NCBI RefSeq assembly: GCF_006345805.1
Contig: NW_021829752.1
Span: forward strand, 1-5,983
Direction of reading: 5' to 3'
Length of the DNA stretch: 5,983 nucleotides
Source of the DNA: Octopus sinensis
Taxonomy: Eukaryota
Shown: piece by piece, positions 1-5,983 of the stretch
How positions within the stretch are numbered: position 1 is the first letter of the stretch
Layout: each line of letters begins with the position of its first letter
The notes under the pieces: model-generated
Seen by the model: the letters and a program-made list of their open reading frames with translations, nothing else
Told to the model about the DNA's origin: nothing
The model's database searches: none
Made by a program: the position numbers and the translations under genes

Positions 1-200
1 ATAAACCTGTGCATTACTAACACATTCTTTGCCAACAAGACATCCCACAAGGCATCTTGGAGACATCCAAGATCTCACCACTGTCATCACCTGGATCTCA
101 TCATTACACGAAGATCCTTTCTGAATTCTGTTCAACTGACCCGTAGTTACCACAGCTTGGATTGTGACTCAGATCATTCACTAATAAGAAGCAGGGTGAG
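1..200 (+). other. C-terminal part of the apurinic/apyrimidinic-like endonuclease (APE/EEP) domain
   Basis: Frame 1 is open from base 1: INLCITNTFFANKTSHKASWRHPRSHHCHHLDLIITRRSFLNSVQLTRSYHSLDCDSDHSLI. The catalytic SDH motif is at 169-177. The ORF track starts this frame only at 157. Confidence 0.88.
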
Positions 201-904
201 GATTCTGCCTAAAAAAGTCCATCACTCCAAGATAATGGGCCGACCAAGCATTAACACTACCAGAACCTCGGACCCTACACTGCGAAAATGTTTTGCTGTT
301 TCTATCAAGGTTGCCCTCAGTAGCTGCCCAACCTCCTCTGCTGAAAGTAGGTGGAATTATATCGGGGAAGCTTTGTATACCACATCAATAGATACCTTCG
401 GCATGAGAGAAAGGCAAAGCCCAGATTGGTTCAGTGCTGGGCTCTCAGAGCTGGAAACAGTTATTGAAGCAAAACGTGCAAGCTCTGATGCAATACAAGA
501 GGGATTCTTCTACAAAGTCACTCGAAGAACTCAGAAAGGCAAGAAATAAAACCCAACTGACTGCCAGACGCTGTGCAAATAGGTATTGGCAGGAAATCTG
601 TCAGAGTATCCTGTCAGCTGCTGACAGTGGCGACACCCGTGGGTTGTATGTCGGTTTGAAGAAAGCCTTCGGTGCATCCGCAACCAAGTCAGTCCCTCTG
701 AAATCAACTACTGGAGATCTCATCAAGGACCAAAGCAAGCAAATGGATAGATGGGTGGAGTACTACCAGGATCTCTACTCACGGGAGACCACGGTAGCTG
801 AAGCTGCAATCGAGGGTGTCAACATCTTGCCAGTCATGTGCGAACTTGACAGTCTGCCATCTATAGCAGAGCTCAACTAGGCTATTGACTCCCTACCAAG
901 TAAC

Positions 905-1858
905 AAGGCTCCGGGAAAAGACAGCATCCCCTTAGAGATCATCAAAACCGGCAAAAACACCATCCTACTTCGGCACCTTCATGAGCTTCTGTGTCAGTGC
1001 TGGGAAGAGGGTACAGTACCTCAGGATATACGGGATGCTAACATCATTACGCTTTACAAAAACAAAGGTGACCGTGGTGATTGTAACAATTACCATAGAA
1101 TATCTCTTCTAAGCACTGTTGGAAATGCTTTTGCACGCATTATCCGGTCCAGGTTGCAACTGCTTGCTTCTCGAATAAATCCAGAATCGCAGTGTGGTTT
1201 TAGAAGAGGCAGATCAACTATTGACATGATATTCTCCATACGCCAACTTCAGGAGAAGTCCAGAGAGCAGAAAACGCCATTATATATGGTCTTCCTTGAT
1301 CTGACAAATGCCTTTGACTTGGTAAGTAGAAGAGGCCTCTTCATCCTGCTCCAAAAAATCGGATGTCCACCAAAGCTGCTGAGAATCATCAAATCTTTCC
1401 ATGATGATATGCAAGGCACCATACAGCACAATGGTTCAACATCAGCCGCCTTCCAAATAAAAAATGGGGTAAAGCAAGGTTGCTTTACCCCATTGCTCCT
1501 ACATTATTTGGCATCTTCTTCTCGCTGCTGCTATCACATGTCTTTGAGACATCAGATGATGGAGTGTTTCTGCACAGTAGAAATGATGGGAAACTGTTCA
1601 ATCTCTCGCGTCTGCGTGCCAAGACCAAAATAAGAAGTGTCCTGATCAAGGAGATGCTATTTGCTGATGCTGCTGCTCTGGTATCACACACAGAAGAAGC
1701 CCTACAACTGTTTTGAGCAAGCATGTAGCAACTTTGGCTTAGTTATCAGCCCCAAGAAGACCACCATCATTGGTCAGGCTACATCGGACATCCCAAACAT
1801 ACATATTGGAGACCACAGACTACAGGAGGTGGAGAAGTTTACCTACCTTGGCTCCACC
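905..1858 (+). other. Reverse transcriptase domain (non-LTR type), inactivated
   Basis: Runs from KAPGKD (905) through NYHRISLLS, QCGFR, DLTNAFD, GVKQGC (1466-1483), FADA (1660-1671; canonical FADD) and KKT to YLGS (1844-1855). Confidence 0.92.
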
Positions 1859-2506
1859 GTCACCTATAACCTAACCTTTGATGCTGAGCTCAATATACGC
1901 ATTGGCAAGGCAGCTGCTGTGATGGCCCAACTCTCCAAACGAGCATGGGACAACAATAAGCTGACCAAGACCACAAAAATGAAGATTTACCAGGTATGTG
2001 TACTTAGCACTCTAACGTTTGGAAGTGAGACTTGGACGCCATACACACGCCAAGAGCGTCGCCTAAATATCTTTCACCTGCGCTGCCTCCGGAAAATCCG
2101 CATCAAATGGCAGAATCATGTCCCTAACAAAGATGTCCTCAAGCAAGCAGGAATACCAAGCATGTTTGCACTCCTCACACAAAGACGTTTGAGATGGCTT
2201 GGACATGTTAGCCGTATGGAAGATGGCAGAATCCCCGAGGACATACGCAACGGAGAGCTTGCTAGGGGTACTAGGTCTGTGGGAAGACCGTTCTTACGAT
2301 ACAAGGATGTTTGCAAAAGGGACATGAATGCCTGCAACATCAATATTACCAACTGGGAAGCAGTTGCCAGCCACCGTGGGGATTGGCGACGCCCCGTAGA
2401 AGAGGGAACACAAAGGAGTGACAGAGGGAGAGAGGAGAAATGGAAAGACAAGAAAATATGTCAATAAGAAACTATGACATTACAACCAGCCAGGTAAAGT
2501 CTTCGC

Positions 2507-2575
2507 TACATTTGCGGCACCTGCCAGAGGGAGTGTTTGTCCAGGATAGGACTACACAGCCACAGCAGGAGATGT
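2507..2575 (+). other. C-terminal C-x2-C-x12-H-x3-C zinc finger of the LINE ORF
   Basis: YICGTCQRECLSRIGLHSHSRRC is in the same frame as ORF 1661..2467, beyond two in-frame TAA codons. It is not shown in the ORF track. Confidence 0.85.
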
Positions 2576-2667
2576 ATTTGGACATGAAATGTAAAAACCG
2601 GACTAGATTATTTTATGTGCAACTCCATTGTCGCCCGAGACAAAAAAGATGCCAACAACATCAATAT

Positions 2668-2878
2668 ATGTGGATTTCGTAGACAGGAACTTAAACAAAT
2701 CAATCGTATATATATGTATGTATATATGTAAGCCTATGTGTGTGTCTTTGTGTTTCTCCCTAATCATTGCTTCACAACTGCAGTTCATTTATTTACATCC
2801 ACATAACTTACTGGTTTCACAAGAACAAACTAATAGAATAAGTACCAGGCTTATCAACATAAAAAAGCACTAGGCTGT
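2668..2878 (+). mobile_element. Degenerate central body of an abundant octopus tRNA-derived SINE (no 5' tRNA-like head, no 3' tail)
   Basis: The string GTGGATTTCGTAGACAGGAACT..(TA/TG)n..TGTGTTTCTCCC..ATTGCTTCACAAC..TTTACATCCACATAACTTA..ATAGAATAAGTACCAGGCTT is colinear with a repeat I recall from Octopus genomes (GTGGATTTGGTAGACGGAAACT..(TA/TG)n..CATCGCTTGACAACC..TTTACGTCCCCGTAACTTAG..ATAGAATAAGTACTAGGCTT). This is recall, not a search result, so I assign no family name. Confidence 0.65.
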
Positions 2879-2941
2879 GTCTCATATTTTTATTTTCCCA
2901 CTCAGTTGTATCTATCAATTTATCTTTGTATATGTGTGTGC

Positions 2942-2954
2942 ATATCTATATCTA

Positions 2955-3035
<81 letters not shown>
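2942..3035. repeat. Microsatellite (ATATCT)3(ATCT)19
   Basis: Counted directly: three ATATCT units at 2942-2959, then 19 perfect ATCT units at 2960-3035. Confidence 0.98.
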
Positions 3036-3037
<2 letters not shown>

Positions 3038-4178
3038 AACACCCTAATGGGAGCCTTAACTCGCAAATTTTAGTCATTTCTTTTATGATCCAAGGCTAGG
3101 TCAAAAGTACTGAGTGGATCTTTATGAAATTTGGAAATTATATTCTATGCATAAGGGCCATAACCCCCATGCCAATTTCATATATTTTTGCTGTTGATGA
3201 AATTTTAACCATAGATATTAGACACAAATGAAGTAAAATTTATAAAATTTCATCTTCTTACAAGTTAGAAAGACCCCTCCATGGGGATTTAATACCCACA
3301 ATTTTGTCATTTTATCTAAGCAAAAACGAAAACAGTTGTGCTCTTGGAAGCTGTAGAATTACCCGAGCATAAAAGTTGAGCATTATTTATAACAGATATT
3401 ACAACAGTGTAACAGTTTGCTTTGACATACACTTACATTGTGATTTTGCCTCCACTGATTCAGTTGCAAAGTGTTGAGTAAAGTTATTTGATTGCAGACC
3501 TCCTTTCAGTCTTTTTATTATCACTGGGTCACACATAGTCCCCAGATGGTAACATTGATTTCAAGGCCTTCCCAGATGTTGATTTCAGTTGGGTCACGCC
3601 CTTCCAATTGCTATAGATTCATAATGCATCTTACGGCTGTGCCTGTCACCTGGATGGTGAGGAATCCTACATTGGGAGTGGTAACGACTAGGGTAGGGTA
3701 ACTGACTGCTTATTGTGATCATTTGTCTTTTGGTTCCATGTAGCTTTGCTCTCTTTTACAAACCCAGTGAACACATATTTCCTATTTCAAAGAAATTCAA
3801 ATAATAGATATAAGACCCAAGTTAAAAAGATTCTCAACAATTCAACTTCTCTGGTTGACATTAAGATGCCCACCCCCAAAAAGGGCCTTAACTCTCACAT
3901 TTTAGAGCTCCATGACCTTCATCTTTCAGAAACAAAATCTTTTTAACAGGTCCAATAAGACTGGAATTTTGGAATATGCGCATAAAAGTCAGTAGTATGG
4001 GATACACGTGTCACGATTACAATTTTTTTAGGCTGTGTAAAGAGGGAAAAAAACAACCCTCATTTGTAATTTTGATGAAATTTGAAACATAAATATTCCA
4101 GTTCATTACAGAAAATATGGCAGAAAAGTATAATTCTTCAATTGAATGTAACCGGGCAATGCCGGGTATCCCTGCTAG
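2945..4178 (+). mobile_element. Candidate non-autonomous Helitron (rolling-circle transposon), ~1.15-1.23 kb
   Basis: The 3' end is the GC-rich hairpin TAACCGGGCAATGCCGGGTA (4149-4168), then CTAG (4175-4178), then T. The 5' end is a TC preceded by A, somewhere from 2945 to 3033 inside the ATCT array. The subterminal motif AAAAGTACTGAGTGGATCTTTATGAAATTTGG (3103-3134) resembles the AAAACTACTGAACCGATTT..ATGAAATTTGG motif I recall from invertebrate non-autonomous Helitrons. No TIRs, no TSD and no RepHel ORF, as expected. Confidence is higher for the 3' end than for the whole span being one element. Confidence 0.7.
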
Positions 4179-4179
4179 T
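4149..4179 (+). other. Helitron 3' terminal hairpin plus CTAG|T junction
   Basis: Imperfect stem TA.CCGG(G)C-AAT-GCCGG.TA, a 6-nt spacer, then CTAG, then the target T. Confidence 0.8.
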
Positions 4180-4500
4180 CGACGATAAAGGAGGACCTCT
4201 GCGAACTCTCAGGTCCGTAGGTGGTCGCAGATGAAACCGCGAATGGCTCGTTATCTCCAGTGACCTCGCACAGGACCGTTGAGCGTGGGCCGCTATGGTT
4301 CGTGATGCCGTTAGGACCAGAGAAGAAGCCGGCTCAACCCGCCCTGGGTGAACGCCGTCACAAGTACAAGTAAGTATACGAAACACTGAACGGTCAACGT
4401 ACACCCACCGACCACCTAAATCCAGCTACGCAGTGACACATGCAATTTTCTCCACTCCGAAAAAAAAACGCACCGAGGAATTAAAAAAAGCAAGAGTCCG
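4179..4500. promoter_or_regulatory. CpG-island-like block; possible promoter/first exon, or a young GC-rich repeat fragment
   Basis: About 27 CpG in ~320 bp and 58% GC over 4201-4380, against about 9 CpG in 3040-4140 (manual counts). It contains a strong splice-donor match. Confidence 0.4.
4367..4377 (+). promoter_or_regulatory. Putative 5' splice donor CAA|GTAAGTAT (intron would start at 4370)
   Basis: 10/11 match to the U1-complementary consensus CAG|GTAAGTAT. It sits at the end of the most GC-rich part of the CpG block. Confidence 0.4.
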
Positions 4501-4640
4501 AAAGAGAGTCTGGTATTAATTAGCTTTGTCGTCCCCAAAAGTGCTGAGATCTTTCACTAGCGCAGGCATGCAACGACATGTATGGCACGTTTGGAGTATT
4601 TGAATATATAGCGAATGCTCTAAAGCTGTTTTGTGATGTT

Positions 4641-4661
4641 TATATATATATATATATATAT
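4641..4661. repeat. (TA)10 microsatellite
   Basis: Perfect TA run, read directly. Confidence 0.97.
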
Positions 4662-4707
4662 CAAATTTCTAAATATCTCAAAGAGACATGAGCGGTGGTG
4701 CAGCGAT

Positions 4708-4969
4708 AGAGTGGTTGTATATTGTCAACTTAACGTGACAGTCTCGTAAAGGGAAACACACCACCGCTATTTAGCCCTAGGAAGCATCGACGCTTCCTGT
4801 CGGTTTTGAAAGTGCAGGCCCTAGATGGTGGAGGTGCTTCTCTCCCCTTCGCAAATATAAGGACAAAGGAAATGTGTCAGGAAGCGTCGATGCTTCCTAG
4901 GGCTAAATAACGGTGTGGTGTTTCCCTTTACGGGACTGTCACGTTAAGTTGACAGTATACAACCACTCT
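4708..4969. mobile_element. Fold-back / MITE-like element: 92 bp inverted arms (4708-4799, 4878-4969) with a 78 bp spacer
   Basis: The arms are reverse complements at 87/92 positions (left-arm mismatches at 4722, 4744, 4760, 4761, 4767). The inverted repeat is certain. Its being a transposon is inferred, since no clear TSD is visible and the right end merges into (CT)n. Confidence 0.65.
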
Positions 4970-5295
4970 CTCTCTCGCTCTCTCTCTCTCCCCCTCTCTC
5001 TCTCCCCCTCTCTCTCTCCTATATATATATATATATAGACACACACACATACACACACACACATATATACATACAAAACATACGTATGTATATAATAGAG
5101 GTATACACGTGTGTATATATATATAAATATACATGTGTATTTATATATATGTGCTGGAGTGCGTGTGAGTGTGTGTGAGCTGTATAAATATCTGTATGTG
5201 TGTGTATATATATATACACGTGTATGTACGTATGTAATGTATGTACATATATATATATACGTGCATGTATGCATGGATAACTATACATACATATG
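4966..5295. repeat. Compound microsatellite / low-complexity tract: (CT)n, (TA)n, (CA)n, then mixed TA/TG/CA
   Basis: Read directly. It accounts for the Y/I/C/V/T-rich ORFs 4928..5134, 4939..5274, 5019..5288 and 5111..5386. Confidence 0.95.
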
Positions 5296-5636
5296 GAGGG
5301 TATATAGGCTCGTGCAAATGTATGGAACTGATGCCAACGCTATAATTATCTCAAGTTTAATAAAACAACAAAATATATTCCATTAAAATAAAGCAAAATA
5401 CAGCAAACGAAAATGAAATAATTCACGCTATAATTTCCTTTCTTATCATCCAAGTCCTCTTGTTGACATTCATGTAATTTTACTGAACACCTCGATACTA
5501 TGTCGACACTATGCTAGCAGCAACATACTGAAACAACAGCCATTTATTCATTAACACAAAAACCAGTTTCGGAGAAGAAGCCTTTTCTACCGTCACCATT
5601 CTGAACGGTATTTGTGTATATATAAGTTTTCGCCTG

Positions 5637-5669
<33 letters not shown>

Positions 5670-5716
5670 TATATATATAATATATATATATAATGCATAT
5701 TATGTGTGTGTGTGTG
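5637..5716. repeat. Interrupted (TA)n followed by (TG)n microsatellite
   Basis: The TA run at 5637-5694 has single-A interruptions. The TG run is at ~5704-5716. Confidence 0.96.
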
Positions 5717-5983
5717 CGGGAGTTTAAGAGTATGTTGAATATAATACGTTTCATTGTTAATAATAATAAGACTAGTTTATTCAAAGTATTGTTTCCTCTG
5801 TTGTTTGCTAAGACGGTGGAATGTTATTTACACGCCTCAAGTCGCCACTTGAAACATTCACCCAACAATGTTTATTTTCAAAATTTTACCTAATCTTCCT
5901 CAATCTTCACTCTTCCCATTCACACCGAAACTGAAACGTTTTCGCAGACAATTAGACATATTCTTCACAAACTCTTAGTGGAC

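Larger units (their letters stand above)
1..2587 (+). pseudogene. Disrupted APE-RT polyprotein of the LINE
   Basis: Manual translation path: frame 1 (1-480), +1 shift at ~481, frame 2 (482-1483) with TAG at 878-880, shift at ~1484-1491, frame 1 (1492-1710), shift at ~1711, frame 2 with TAA at 2465-2467 and 2495-2497, probable natural stop TGA at 2585-2587. The ORF-track entries 157..549, 434..880, 1154..1633, 1480..1716 and 1661..2467 are pieces of this one frame. Confidence 0.93.
1..2664 (+). mobile_element. Non-LTR retrotransposon (LINE), RTE clade / RTE-BovB-like, degenerate copy; the 5' part lies outside the window
   Basis: One interrupted reading frame carries APE, RT and zinc-finger motifs in order: LCITNTFF..SWRHPRS..LDLII..SDH, ARRCANRYW, KAPGKD, QCGFRRGRST.DMIF, FLDLTNAFD, GVKQGC/APTLF, LFAD, SPKKT, FTYLGS, LRWLGHVSRMEDGRIP, GRPFLRYKDVCKRDM. 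The 3' UTR ends in CCATTGTCGCCCGAGACAAAAAAGATGC followed by a short CAA-type tail (CAACAACATCAA, 2653-2664), typical of RTE 3' ends. Confidence 0.93.

Noticed and set aside
1249-2451. Minus-strand ORFs 1249..1431, 1485..1724 and 2116..2451
   Set aside because: They are antisense shadows of the LINE coding frame and carry no motifs of their own.
2440-2873. ORFs 2440..2682, 2603..2788 and 2628..2873
   Set aside because: They are off-frame reads across the zinc finger, 3' UTR and SINE microsatellite. The meaningful frame here is frame 2.
3688-3700. TAGGGTAGGGT as a telomeric or G-quadruplex motif
   Set aside because: Only two G3 runs, and the unit is not TTAGGG.
3492-3946. ORFs 3492..3701 and 3746..3946 as RepHel remnants or captured exons
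   Set aside because: They are short, have non-ATG starts and contain no HUH (Rep) or PIF1 helicase motifs.
4179-4197. TCGACGATAAAGGAGG as the resumed 3' part of the SINE after the Helitron
   Set aside because: Similarity to the recalled SINE tail is short and does not extend, and ~65 bp of unrelated sequence separates the SINE body from the Helitron 5' end.
4228-4244. Hammerhead-like CAGATGA...CGAA
   Set aside because: The core needs CTGANGA and GAAA. Both are mismatched, and stems I-III cannot be built.
4212-4300. HDV-like ribozyme near-miss (P1 GGTCC/GGACC, P3 GTG-ACCTCG-CAC, P4 AGCG/CGCT; also GCGAATGG at 4239-4246)
   Set aside because: P2 would be only 3 bp and J4/2 lacks a properly placed C-N-R-A. 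The parts do not assemble into the double pseudoknot.
4138-4404. 88-aa minus-strand ORF
   Set aside because: No recognisable domain, it crosses the Helitron junction, and open frames of this length are expected in GC-rich sequence.
4692-4717. tRNA/SINE A-box-like GCGGTGGTGCAGCGATAGAGTGG
   Set aside because: There is no B box (GTTCRANNC) at a suitable distance and no cloverleaf.
5337-5435. 11-bp direct repeat ACGCTATAATT (5337-5347, 5425-5435) as a TSD
   Set aside because: The 77 bp between the copies is AT-rich with no element features, so the match is compatible with chance.
4928-5893. All ORFs from 4928 to 5893
   Set aside because: They are translations of dinucleotide microsatellites (YI/CV/HT runs).
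1-5983. CRISPR array, rRNA, tRNA or prokaryotic operon
   Set aside because: No repeat-spacer periodicity, no RNA-gene signatures and no gene-dense organisation. The window is eukaryotic repeat DNA.

Overview
Eukaryotic, repeat-dense, essentially non-genic DNA, probably from an octopus or other coleoid cephalopod. That assignment is an inference from a SINE body I recognise from memory and from the dense TA/CA/ATCT microsatellites. From left to right: (1) a dead RTE-clade (BovB-like) LINE at 1-2664, running off the left edge, with an APE end, an RT domain, a C-terminal C2HC zinc finger, a CAA tail, 3 frameshifts, 3 premature stops and a mutated FADD active site; (2) a headless, degenerate SINE body directly after the LINE tail; (3) a candidate ~1.2 kb non-autonomous Helitron (A|TC...hairpin-CTAG|T) whose 5' end lies in an (ATCT)n array; (4) a CpG-rich ~320 bp block with a near-perfect 5' splice donor; (5) a 262 bp fold-back element with 92 bp inverted arms, each built from three internal hairpins; (6) compound microsatellites. 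There is no intact protein-coding gene, and I cannot support a new multi-gene system. The most unusual signals are the fold-back element, the Helitron and the CpG block beside it. None of the three appears in the ORF track.
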